Source: Bacteroidales bacterium
Lineage (GTDB): Bacteria > Bacteroidota > Bacteroidia > Bacteroidales > WCHB1-69
Direction of reading: 5' to 3'
DNA: 44,844 bases
NCBI GenBank assembly: GCA_024400785.1
Contig: JAKSME010000004.1
Location: 1-44,844 of the forward strand
Shown here: positions 1-7,899 of the stretch, in pieces
Numbering within the stretch: position 1 is the first letter of the stretch
How the letters are laid out: the number at the start of each line of letters is the position of its first letter
Position numbers and translations under genes: made by a program
The notes under the pieces: model-generated
Told to the model about the DNA's origin: nothing
Seen by the model: the letters and a program-made list of their open reading frames with translations, nothing else
The model's database searches: none

Positions 1-115
1 CGGGGGGCAGGATGATGCCGGCAATCCACAGATAGATACTGGCGCGGTATTCGAGCAGAAGATAGATGAGCCCGACTACGAGGGCGGTAATGTCGAGGAG
101 GCTATTCCATTCCAT
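1..115 (-). CDS. pnuC: PnuC-family nicotinamide riboside/thiamine transporter, 5' part only (runs off window start)
   Basis: Not in the ORF track. Manual translation from ATG at 115 gives MEWNSLLDITALVVGLIYLLLEYRASIYLWIAGIILPP..., matching the Bacteroidales PnuC N-terminal pattern GLIYLxLEYRASIYLWxxGII. Confidence 0.75.
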   Translation of the reverse strand, partial: MEWNSLLDITALVVGLIYLLLEYRASIYLWIAGIILPP

Positions 116-134
116 GATTTAGGAAATTAGGTGT

Positions 135-159
135 TTAACCGATTAACCGATTTAACCGA
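135..159. repeat. Three near-tandem copies of TTAACCGA between the tyrS stop and the pnuC start
   Basis: ttaaccga at 135-142, 143-150 and 152-159. Confidence 0.8.
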
Positions 160-160
160 A

Positions 161-1447
161 CTACTGTACTCTCACAATGTGGTAATTCTTCTTGCCTTTT
201 TGAAGCAATAGGTATTTCCCGTTGATGAGCATATCTTCGGTAACGATGCATTGGTCATTCACTTTTGCCTTGTTGACCGAGATGCCGTTGCCTTTGAGTT
301 CGCGGCGGGCTTCACCCTTCGATGCCAACATTTGGGTGTGGTCGGTCAGCAGGTCCACGATGCTGATACCGGCATTGATGGTGTCGCGACTGATGTCGGT
401 TTGGGCTACGCCGTCGAAGATGGCCAGGAACATGTTTTCCGGCAGGGCGGCCAGACTTTCAGCGGTGCCCTTTCCGAAAAGGATTTCGGAAGCGTTGACA
501 GCAGCTTCGTAGTCGGCTTGGGAGTGAACGCGGACGGTAAGGTCCTTAGCCAGAGCTTTTTGCAGTATGCGGAGGTGTGGGGCGGCTTCGTGTTCCTTTT
601 CCATAGCCTCAATTTCTTCTTTGGAGTAGAGGGTGAAGATGCGGATGTATTTTTTGCTGTCTTCATCGCTGCAGTTGAGCCAGAATTGGTAGAAGGTGTA
701 GGGGCTGGTTCTTTCCGGGTCAAGCCAGATGTTGCCTTTTTCGGTTTTACCGAACTTTCCGCCGTCGGCCTTGGTGATGAGAGGGCAGGTGAGGGCAAAG
801 GCTTCGCCGTTGGTTTTGCGGCGGATGAGTTCGGTGCCGGTGGTAATGTTACCCCACTGGTCGGAACCGCCCATTTGCAGTTTGCAGTTGTAATTCTGGT
901 TCAGGAACATGAAGTCGTAACCTTGAACCAACTGGTATGAAAATTCGGTGAACGACATACCGTCTCCTTCACCGTTAAAGCGTTTTTTCACGGAGTCTTT
1001 CGCCATCATGTAGTTCACGGTGATGTGCTTGCCGATGTCGCGGATGAACTCGAGGAAGGTGAATTTGCTCATCCAGTCGTAGTTGTTTACCAGGATGGCG
1101 GCATTGGGTTCCTTGCTGTCGAAATCCAAGAACTTGGAGAGTTGTTTTTTGATGCCTTCTTGGTTGTGGCGGAGGGTGGCTTCATCCAACAGGTTGCGTT
1201 CTTGCGACTTGCCGGAGGGGTCGCCAATCATACCGGTAGCGCCGCCGAGCAGCACGATGGGGCGGTGGCCGCATTCTTGCAGATGTTTCAGCATCATCAC
1301 GCCCACCAGGTGGCCGATGTGCAGTGAATCTGCCGTCGGATCGATGCCCACATACGCGGTGGTCATCTCCTTTTGCAGTTGTTCTTCCGTCCCGGGCATC
1401 ATATCATGAATCATGCCACGCCATTTCAATTCTTCAATAAAATTCAT
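161..1447 (-). CDS. tyrS: Tyrosine--tRNA ligase
   Basis: [15 protein letters not shown] (HIGH motif), [16 protein letters not shown] (KMSKS-type motif) and a C-terminal S4-like domain. Start placed at [11 protein letters not shown] (ATG 1447). Confidence 0.97.
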   Translation of the reverse strand: MNFIEELKWRGMIHDMMPGTEEQLQKEMTTAYVGIDPTADSLHIGHLVGVMMLKHLQECGHRPIVLLGGATGMIGDPSGKSQERNLLDEATLRHNQEGIKKQLSKFLDFDSKEPNAAILVNNYDWMSKFTFLEFIRDIGKHITVNYMMAKDSVKKRFNGEGDGMSFTEFSYQLVQGYDFMFLNQNYNCKLQMGGSDQWGNITTGTELIRRKTNGEAFALTCPLITKADGGKFGKTEKGNIWLDPERTSPYTFYQFWLNCSDEDSKKYIRIFTLYSKEEIEAMEKEHEAAPHLRILQKALAKDLTVRVHSQADYEAAVNASEILFGKGTAESLAALPENMFLAIFDGVAQTDISRDTINAGISIVDLLTDHTQMLASKGEARRELKGNGISVNKAKVNDQCIVTEDMLINGKYLLLQKGKKNYHIVRVQ

Positions 1448-1512
1448 CTTATTATCTAATTTATTCTTACTAAGTACTTTACGAATGCGACTCCACAAAA
1501 GGAAACGCGCGG

Positions 1513-1520
1513 CAAAAATA
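1513..1520 (-). promoter_or_regulatory. Bacteroidetes -7 box (TATTTTTG) upstream of tyrS
   Basis: Matches the TAnnTTTG consensus, about 65 bp upstream of the start. Confidence 0.6.
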
Positions 1521-1570
1521 CGATTTTTCGTGGAAAAGTGAAAAGGTTGAAACCGTTAATGTGCTACAAT

Positions 1571-1595
1571 AAAAAAGCCCCACTTTCATGGGGCT
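1571..1595 (-). terminator. Rho-independent terminator of the HU gene
   Basis: Minus strand reads AGCCCCA-TGAAAG-TGGGGCT followed by a T run. Confidence 0.8.
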
Positions 1596-1620
1596 CTGCA
1601 TTGCTAAAGTGCAATACTGC

Positions 1621-1884
1621 TTATTTTGCCATTTCAGCACCAGCTTTGAACTTAACAACCTTCTTTGCCGGGATGGTCATCGTTTCACCGGTTTTCGGGT
1701 TGCGGCCTTGTCTTGCGCTACGTTCTGAAACTGAAAAAGTGCCAAAACCAACGAGGGCAACTTTGCCACCGTTTTTCAAAGTTTCATTGGTGGTAGCCAT
1801 GAAAGCTTCGAGGGCGTTTTTAGCATCAGTTTTTTTCAAACCGGCTTTTGCAGCGATTGCATCAATTAATTCACTCTTGTTCAT
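1621..1884 (-). CDS. hup: DNA-binding protein HU
   Basis: MNKSELIDAIA...LVGFGTFSVSERSARQGRNPKTGETMTIPAKKVVKFKAG is a canonical HU signature. Confidence 0.97.
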   Translation of the reverse strand: MNKSELIDAIAAKAGLKKTDAKNALEAFMATTNETLKNGGKVALVGFGTFSVSERSARQGRNPKTGETMTIPAKKVVKFKAGAEMAK

Positions 1885-1926
1885 TTTAATAAATTTAAAT
1901 GGTTAATATATTAACTTTTAGCAGCG

Positions 1927-1934
1927 CAAATATA
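1927..1934 (-). promoter_or_regulatory. -7 box (TATATTTG) upstream of hup
   Basis: Matches TAnnTTTG, followed by CGC. Confidence 0.65.
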
Positions 1935-2030
1935 ATAGTAATTTTGATATTTTCCTTGTTTTTTTGTTTTTTTTTCAAAAGAAATTAAAAATATTTTAAC
2001 TACAAATCATAACTTATTGATAATCAATAT

Positions 2031-2984
2031 TTAATGCGCCACTAATGTGTAATTTTCTGGGTGAAATCCTCTTAAAAAATCGGATATTTTTAGTTTTGTC
2101 TTTCCCTGCCATTGTAGAGTTTTGACAGAAAGGGCACCATCTTTTGCAAAAATATGGAAAGAATTGGGAAGTTCTATTTCAATAGTACCCGGTTGTCTTT
2201 CAACACTTAACGGCAAAACTTCGGCTTCGAAAATTTTGACGAATTCTTCTTGTCCTTTATGGTTGGTGATGAAAAAACCAGCCCCCGGAACAGGGGAGAG
2301 GCCTCTGATTTTGTTAAAAATTTGTTTAGCGGAATTTTCCCAATGGATGAAAGTGTCTTCTTTGTAAATTTTGGGAGCGGGTTTGAGTTCGTCAACGGGG
2401 ATGTCTTCTTGTTTGCGGACGGTCACCGTTCCCGCCTCAATATTATCGAGGGTGCGAACGGCCAGTTCCGCCCCGCACACCATCAGTCGGTCGTACAGTT
2501 CGCCGGTGGTTTCGTTGGGACCGATTTCCACTTCCGTGGCATCGATGATGTCGCCGGTGTCGATTTGCTGATTGAGGAAGAAGGTGGTGACGCCGGTTTT
2601 GTTTTCTCCGTTCATAACGGCCCAATGGATGGGGGCCGCACCTCGGTAGTTGGGCAGCAAAGCCGCGTGTACGTTGAAGGTTCCGCGTGGCGGCATGGCA
2701 TAAACCACTTCGGGCAGCATGCGAAATGCCACCACCACAAAGATGTCGGCGCCGATGGCTCGCAACTCAGAAAGAAAGTCTTCGTTTTTCAACTTTTCTG
2801 GCTGTAGGACGCGCAAACCGTGTTCTACAGCATACTCTTTCACCGCCGACGGCTTCATCTTCAGTCCGCGGCCGGCCGGCTTGTCGGGCGCTGTAATCAC
2901 GGCCAATACTTCATGTTTCGATTTGCAAATTGCATCCAACGAGCCCACGGCAAACTCCGGGGTCCCCATAAATACTACCTTCAT
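2031..2984 (-). CDS. fmt: Methionyl-tRNA formyltransferase
   Basis: VFMGTPEFA, PDKPAGRG, NVHAALLPNYRGAAPIHWA and DTGDII motifs. Confidence 0.97.
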   Translation of the reverse strand: MKVVFMGTPEFAVGSLDAICKSKHEVLAVITAPDKPAGRGLKMKPSAVKEYAVEHGLRVLQPEKLKNEDFLSELRAIGADIFVVVAFRMLPEVVYAMPPRGTFNVHAALLPNYRGAAPIHWAVMNGENKTGVTTFFLNQQIDTGDIIDATEVEIGPNETTGELYDRLMVCGAELAVRTLDNIEAGTVTVRKQEDIPVDELKPAPKIYKEDTFIHWENSAKQIFNKIRGLSPVPGAGFFITNHKGQEEFVKIFEAEVLPLSVERQPGTIEIELPNSFHIFAKDGALSVKTLQWQGKTKLKISDFLRGFHPENYTLVAH

Positions 2985-3044
2985 ATTAAGTATGTGTTAG
3001 TTCTTACTTTCAACTTTCCTTCATCCCATCACACCTTCGTCCAT

Positions 3045-3560
3045 TTACCCATTCACCTTTTCCCCCGTCTTCGAGTACATCTTTTTGTGGGTGTGGAGCA
3101 TTTGGAGGCAGGAAGCGGCGGCTTCCACACCTTTGTTGCCGTGTTTTCCGCCGGAGCGGTCGGCGGCCTGTTCCGCAGTGTCGCAGGTGAGTACGCCGAA
3201 AATCACGGGGATGGTGTATTCGATGCCGACCTTGGCGATGCCGTTGGCTACCGCTTGGGCAATGAACTCAAAGTGGCGCGTTTCACCTTGGATGATGCAG
3301 CCGAGGCAGATTACTGCGTCGATGTCTTCGTTGGCATCCAGCAGCATGGCGGCGGCGCTTGGCAATTCGAAACTGCCGGGGACATGGTAAACGAGAGTGT
3401 TGCCCTTCGGCACGCCCGCCTCCCAAAGCGTATTCAACGCACCTTCTTTCAGTGCACCGGTAACGGCATCGTTCCACATACTAACAATAATGCCAATTTT
3501 GAAATTGGCATTATCGGTATTGGGAACAAATATGTTAGAAAGATTTTTCTTCTTTTCCAT
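3045..3560 (-). CDS. ribH: 6,7-dimethyl-8-ribityllumazine synthase
   Basis: VPGSFELP, CLGCIIQGETRHFEFI, PVIFGVLT and GNKGVEAA motifs. Confidence 0.96.
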   Translation of the reverse strand: MEKKKNLSNIFVPNTDNANFKIGIIVSMWNDAVTGALKEGALNTLWEAGVPKGNTLVYHVPGSFELPSAAAMLLDANEDIDAVICLGCIIQGETRHFEFIAQAVANGIAKVGIEYTIPVIFGVLTCDTAEQAADRSGGKHGNKGVEAAASCLQMLHTHKKMYSKTGEKVNG

Positions 3561-4336
3561 TATTTTCCAGCTTTGATTTTGGCACGTTCATAATATTTGG
3601 CTACGCCCATGCCTTGGTATCTTTCGTAGTAGTTTTCTTTGATGGTGTTGTAATTGTCGTAAGCGGCGCTCCAGTTTCCTTCGCGTTCGCAGAGCATGCC
3701 CATTTTCCACAATGCGATAGGAGCAACGAAATCGGTTTCGCCCTTGATGGCTTTTTCGTAATATTTCTTTGCATTGTCAACTTCGCCCTTGTCATCATAA
3801 AGGTCACCGATTAACATTTGTGATTCGTACCAAAGATAATCGTCACGTTTTTTCATCTGGAGGAGGAGGTCCAAAGCGTCATCATTCTGACCCATGTTCA
3901 TGTAGCAGAGAGCTGCATAATATTTGAGACTGAATTTGGCAGCGCGGGCGGTTTTCAAACCGGGATGGTCGTAAGATTCGATAACGGAGAGGAAACCTTC
4001 CATGTCTTTGTTGCCGTCGAGGGCGGCTTTCAAGGTGGCGGTGTCCGTGCTGAGCGTTCCGTTTTGAACTGCGCTGGCGATGGCGGGCTGAGCGGCTTCC
4101 GCTGCTTGACCGTTCCATTTGGGAGCTAAAACTTTGAAATAAACTACGGCGAGGATGGCTACAATCAGAATACCGATACCGATGCCGTTGAACACTCTTT
4201 CGTTTTCGCTATAAAATCTAGCAAGTTTACCTTTTTCACCATTGGTGTCGCCTAATTTGTCAGAATGTGCATTGTGTTTTGCATTTCCTGCAACGCCAGT
4301 ATCTTTCAAATCGCCTAATTTTTCAGTGTTTGCCAT
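3560..4336 (-). CDS. Membrane-anchored tetratricopeptide-repeat protein (YfgM-like)
   Basis: One N-terminal TM segment and TPR-like helices (YYAALCYMNMG, IGDLYDDKG...AKKYYEKA). Its stop overlaps the ribH start, a common Bacteroidetes arrangement. Confidence 0.75.
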   Translation of the reverse strand: MANTEKLGDLKDTGVAGNAKHNAHSDKLGDTNGEKGKLARFYSENERVFNGIGIGILIVAILAVVYFKVLAPKWNGQAAEAAQPAIASAVQNGTLSTDTATLKAALDGNKDMEGFLSVIESYDHPGLKTARAAKFSLKYYAALCYMNMGQNDDALDLLLQMKKRDDYLWYESQMLIGDLYDDKGEVDNAKKYYEKAIKGETDFVAPIALWKMGMLCEREGNWSAAYDNYNTIKENYYERYQGMGVAKYYERAKIKAGK

Positions 4337-4364
4337 TTTTATTTCATTTTATAAATTAAGGCCG

Positions 4365-4372
4365 CAAATTTA
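4365..4372 (-). promoter_or_regulatory. -7 box (TAAATTTG) for the TPR-ribH-fmt operon
   Basis: Matches the TAnnTTTG consensus, about 30 bp upstream of ATG 4336. Confidence 0.6.
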
Positions 4373-4440
4373 CAAGTTTTTTTTCATTGTATAACATTTT
4401 ACATAAAATTATTTCCAAAGCCCTGTTTTGCTGCCGAAAA

Positions 4441-4470
4441 TAAAAAAAGGTCCGTGTTTCCACGAACCTC
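4441..4470 (-). terminator. Terminator after tRNA-Gln
   Basis: Minus strand reads AGGTTCGTG-GAAA-CACGGACCT followed by TTTTTT. Confidence 0.8.
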
Positions 4471-4544
4471 TGGTTGGGCGTGAAGGACTCGAACCTTCAA
4501 TGACAGGACCAGAATCTGTAGTGTTGCCATTACACCAACGCCCA
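4471..4544 (-). tRNA. tRNA-Gln (anticodon CTG), CCA encoded
   Basis: Cloverleaf folded by hand: acceptor TGGGCGT/ACGCCCA, D arm GTGT/ACAC, anticodon loop TTCTGGT, T arm GAAGG-TTCGAGT-CCTTC, then A-CCA. A -7 box TATTTTTG lies at 4586-4593. Confidence 0.95.
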
Positions 4545-4729
4545 ATGCTTTTAATGAAGCTTGCTTACGCACTTTCATCAGCGCGCAAAAATACATTTTT
4601 TTTTATTTTATTGAATTATTTTGGTGAAATATTTTTTAATCCATTGGTAATTAATAATTTATAATTTATTTCAGTGCGAATATTGCCAATATTTTTTATT
4701 GAAAATTTTTCTTTTTTTAATTAAAATCG

Positions 4730-4737
4730 TACTTTTG
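4730..4737 (+). promoter_or_regulatory. -7 box (TACTTTTG) upstream of the DUF151 gene
   Basis: Matches the TAnnTTTG consensus; divergent from the tRNA promoter. Confidence 0.6.
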
Positions 4738-4759
4738 CACCCTAAAAAAGCGCAAAACA

Positions 4760-5401
4760 ATGGAAATAGAACTCGAACTCGCCAATAAGGATTCCCCAAC
4801 CTTGCAAGGCGATGCGTTTACGTTGATTCTAAATGAAAAAAATGGAAACCGCTTTATCCCAGTGATTATCGGCATCGCTGAAGCGAAGTACATCATTATG
4901 GAGTATAATAAAATTCAGGTGAAGCGCCCACTGCCTTATGATTTGATTATGCAGTTGTTGGAACAGAACGATGCTGAAATTGTCAAAATCCGGGTGCGCG
5001 ATGTCCAAGACGGAATCTATTTCGTGAGTGTTTACTATCGGTGTGACGAAAAAATGTGGGAGCTCGACGCCCGTCTTTCCGATGCGCTGGTGCTTTCTCT
5101 CAAAACGCAAATTCCGGTGGTCATTCCTGCCGAAATTTTTGAAAGGGTTTGTTACGCCGAAACAGGAAAGTCGAAACAACGCGAACTTCCCGCCGCCGTC
5201 CGTGATTTCTGGAACAAGAGCGAGGAGAATGATGATGCCGAGGTCGACTTTTTCGAAGTAGGGGACGGAAAAGTCCCGTTGGACTTGAAAAAGGCCACAG
5301 CCGAGCAACTTCAAGAGCTGCTTCAAGAGGCGTTGGAAAAAGAAAATTACGAACTTGCGGCGGATATCGATGCCGAATTAAACTCGCGTAAACATGAATA
5401 A
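4760..5401 (+). CDS. Bifunctional nuclease (DUF151) family protein with C-terminal UvrB/UvrC motif
   Basis: IPVIIGIAEA, RPLPYDL and DARLSDALVLSL motifs; the C-terminal LQEALEKENYELAADI is a UVR motif. Confidence 0.85.
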   Translation: MEIELELANKDSPTLQGDAFTLILNEKNGNRFIPVIIGIAEAKYIIMEYNKIQVKRPLPYDLIMQLLEQNDAEIVKIRVRDVQDGIYFVSVYYRCDEKMWELDARLSDALVLSLKTQIPVVIPAEIFERVCYAETGKSKQRELPAAVRDFWNKSEENDDAEVDFFEVGDGKVPLDLKKATAEQLQELLQEALEKENYELAADIDAELNSRKHE

Positions 5402-5822
5402 TAGCGAAGTAAGTCACGAAGCCATCGTGCAATCTGTTGATGGAATAGATGTTACGGTAAAAATGACCGTAAGTTCTGCTTGTGCCGCCTGCCATGCGAA
5501 AGGGCTGTGCGGCGTTTCCGAGAGCGAGGAGAAACTGGTGGTAGCGAAAAATTTCAGCGCGGCACAGTTTGCCACTGGCGAGAAAGTGCGTGTGGAACTC
5601 CGTCAAACCCTTGCCGTAAAAGCAGTGATTATCTGTTACTTGCTCCCACTCGTGGTTCTTCTTGTCGCGTTCTTCCTCATGTATTTGGTTTGCTCCATCG
5701 AATGGCTAAACGTATTGGCTGCCCTTTCCGCCACCGCACTGTATTTCTTCTTCGTTTGGCTTTTTCATGAAAAAATTGAAAAAAATGTCACTTTTATTGT
5801 CTCAAAAATCCCACAAATCTGA
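5394..5822 (+). CDS. RseC/MucC-family (SoxR-reducing system) membrane protein
   Basis: SSACAACHAKGLCG (CxxC...C) followed by two TM helices (YLLPLVVLL). Confidence 0.85.
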   Translation: MNNSEVSHEAIVQSVDGIDVTVKMTVSSACAACHAKGLCGVSESEEKLVVAKNFSAAQFATGEKVRVELRQTLAVKAVIICYLLPLVVLLVAFFLMYLVCSIEWLNVLAALSATALYFFFVWLFHEKIEKNVTFIVSKIPQI

Positions 5823-5827
5823 TTCCT

Positions 5828-7069
5828 ATGTCTATACCTTTCAAACGACACACTCTCGCTAACGGCTTGACGGTGATTGTGCATGAGGACTTTACAACGC
5901 AACTCGCCGCTTGCAACGTCCTTTACAAGGTCGGCTCCCGCGACGAAAATCCCAATCAAACAGGACTGGCACATCTGATGGAGCATTACATGTTCTGCGG
6001 CTCCAAACACATTCCCGATTACGATACACCGTTGCAAAAGGTCGGTGCCATCAACAATGCTTATACTTCTCAAGACCATACACAATATTATATAGTGCTC
6101 CCGGCACAGAATCTGGAAACCGCCCTCTGGATTGAGTCAGACCGCATGCTCGAACTGGCTTTCGACCAGCAGGGGCTGGATACCCAGAAACACGTTGTGA
6201 TTGAGGAATTTAAGGAGGTTTGTCTCAATCAACCCTTTGGCGATTTGTGGTCATCCTTCAGTAATTTCGTCTATAAGAAATTTCCATATAAATGGATGCC
6301 GATAGGAAAGAAAATTTCTCATATAGAGGAAGTTACGATGGATACCATAAAAAATTTCTATTACCGGTTTTATCGTCCGAACAATGCAGTGTTGGTGATT
6401 GGGGGCCCGGTTCATTTCGAAGAGGTTGTTCCATTGGTGGAAAAGTGGTTCGGCGACATCCCAGCCGGCCCCGCTCTGGAAAAAAACTATCCCTCCGAAC
6501 CCGCTCAACGCGCCGCCCGTCAGAAAACTCTCTCTCGCACCGCTCCGTACAGCATGCTCCTGAAAGGATGGAAGATGCCCAACCGCCTCCACCCCGACTT
6601 TTACGCGTATGATCTTATCTCCGACCTCTTCGGAAATACACAGTCCGCCTACCTAAACAAAAAGTTTGTCATCGACAACCACTTGTTTACCGACATCTCC
6701 ATGTCGATTTCCGGTACCGCCGGACCGGGCATTTTGGCCATCGTCGCCCGCCCCGCCGAAGGTGTCGACATCCACGAAGCTGACAAAATGCTCAACAACT
6801 TCCTTTATCAAGATTTCCAATTCGGCAGCACTTTTGAGCATGACTTGCAGAAAGTGAAGAACAAAAATGAGTCATACCTGCTGAATAACGAAATCAAACT
6901 CGACAGCCGCACCTCCATTTTGGCGGTGGAAGAGTCCATCAGCAAGGTGGAAGATTTTGAAAATGACATCCAGGCCTACCGCGATGTCACCCCCGATAAA
7001 ATTCGCGCCCTTTTCACTCAGGTCATTTCTCCCAAAAAGGAAAACACACTTTTTTATTTAGCTGACTAA
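5828..7069 (+). CDS. M16 family zinc peptidase (pitrilysin-like)
   Basis: LANGLTVIVH, VGSRDE, inverted zinc motif HLMEH, NAYTS and LWIESDRM. Confidence 0.92.
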   Translation: MSIPFKRHTLANGLTVIVHEDFTTQLAACNVLYKVGSRDENPNQTGLAHLMEHYMFCGSKHIPDYDTPLQKVGAINNAYTSQDHTQYYIVLPAQNLETALWIESDRMLELAFDQQGLDTQKHVVIEEFKEVCLNQPFGDLWSSFSNFVYKKFPYKWMPIGKKISHIEEVTMDTIKNFYYRFYRPNNAVLVIGGPVHFEEVVPLVEKWFGDIPAGPALEKNYPSEPAQRAARQKTLSRTAPYSMLLKGWKMPNRLHPDFYAYDLISDLFGNTQSAYLNKKFVIDNHLFTDISMSISGTAGPGILAIVARPAEGVDIHEADKMLNNFLYQDFQFGSTFEHDLQKVKNKNESYLLNNEIKLDSRTSILAVEESISKVEDFENDIQAYRDVTPDKIRALFTQVISPKKENTLFYLAD

Positions 7070-7086
7070 GCTATTAAAATATTGAC

Positions 7087-7094
7087 TATATTTG
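7087..7094 (+). promoter_or_regulatory. -7 box (TATATTTG) for the DRTGG/kinase/hydrogenase operon
   Basis: Matches the TAnnTTTG consensus, about 35 bp upstream of ATG 7129. Confidence 0.65.
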
Positions 7095-7128
7095 CCCACT
7101 TTTTTAGATAATTTATTTTTTTAATACA

Positions 7129-7476
7129 ATGAAAATTCAGGAAGTACTATCTTTGATTTCAGGTACTGTCGTTGAAGGCGAGGCATTCTCCGACAGGGAA
7201 GTTGATTGCGCCTTTGCCTCGGATCTGATGAGCGACGTGTTAACCCTTCGCACCGACAAAGCTGTGATGCTGATTACGGGTTTGTGCAATATGCAGACGA
7301 TTCGCACATGCGAAATATCTGATATTAAGGTGGTTGTATTCGTCCGTGGCAAAAAAGCCACCGACGAGATGAAGGAATTGGCCGAAGATAACGACATGGT
7401 GCTCATCTCCACGGACTTTTCTTTATACAGCACTTCGGGCATTTTGTTTGGCGCCAACTTGCCCAATGTCTATTAA
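7129..7476 (+). CDS. DRTGG-domain protein (hydrogenase-operon type)
   Basis: AFASDLMSDVL, LITGLCNMQTIRT and VFVRGK motifs. Confidence 0.85.
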   Translation: MKIQEVLSLISGTVVEGEAFSDREVDCAFASDLMSDVLTLRTDKAVMLITGLCNMQTIRTCEISDIKVVVFVRGKKATDEMKELAEDNDMVLISTDFSLYSTSGILFGANLPNVY

Positions 7477-7487
7477 AATTAATAATC

Positions 7488-7898
7488 ATGCATTTTGAAT
7501 ATCAGGTGGAAGGCGGCGACTTTTCCAACGCCGGAACAACTTCCAGTGTAGTTAAAAAAATGATGAAGCAACTCGGTGTCGACTCCGCTATTGTGAAACG
7601 CACCGTTGTGGCGCTCTATGAGGCCGAAGTCAACATTGTGGCACACGCCTACCGCGGTACCATTTTCGTTGACCTTGATGACACTTGCGTCAAAATCAAA
7701 TTAGAAGATGAAGGCCCCGGCATTCCCGACATCGAGCAAGCTATGCAGATGGGCTTCTCTACCGCCTCTCCGGAAGTCCGTGAAATGGGCTTCGGCGCCG
7801 GCATGGGCCTTCCCAATATGAAAAGCAATTCCGACAAACTGTCGGTGACCTCTGTTGTCGGCAAAGGTACTACAGTAGAAATTACCAATTTCTTCTAA
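7488..7898 (+). CDS. RsbT/RsbW-like anti-sigma-type Ser/Thr kinase (HATPase_c)
   Basis: N-box ALYEAEVNIVAHA, DEGPG and GFGAGMGL are all intact. Confidence 0.88.
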   Translation: MHFEYQVEGGDFSNAGTTSSVVKKMMKQLGVDSAIVKRTVVALYEAEVNIVAHAYRGTIFVDLDDTCVKIKLEDEGPGIPDIEQAMQMGFSTASPEVREMGFGAGMGLPNMKSNSDKLSVTSVVGKGTTVEITNFF

Positions 7899-7899
7899 T

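Noticed and set aside
1448-1498. N-terminal extensions in the ORF track for tyrS, and similarly for the ORFs listed from 12178, 17256, 19403, 26406, 33259 and 38293
   Set aside because: The extensions run into promoter or UTR sequence or overlap neighbouring genes. Downstream ATGs give family-typical N-termini.
2017-2027. FNR box
   Set aside because: The spacing is TTGAT-N1-ATCAA, not the N4 required for FNR.
4471-4544. tRNA-Gln as an integration site, or a pseudo-tRNA because of the A31-C39 mismatch
   Set aside because: I saw no integrase and no duplicated tRNA 3' end nearby. The other arms, CCA, promoter and terminator are intact, so one mismatch is not evidence of decay.
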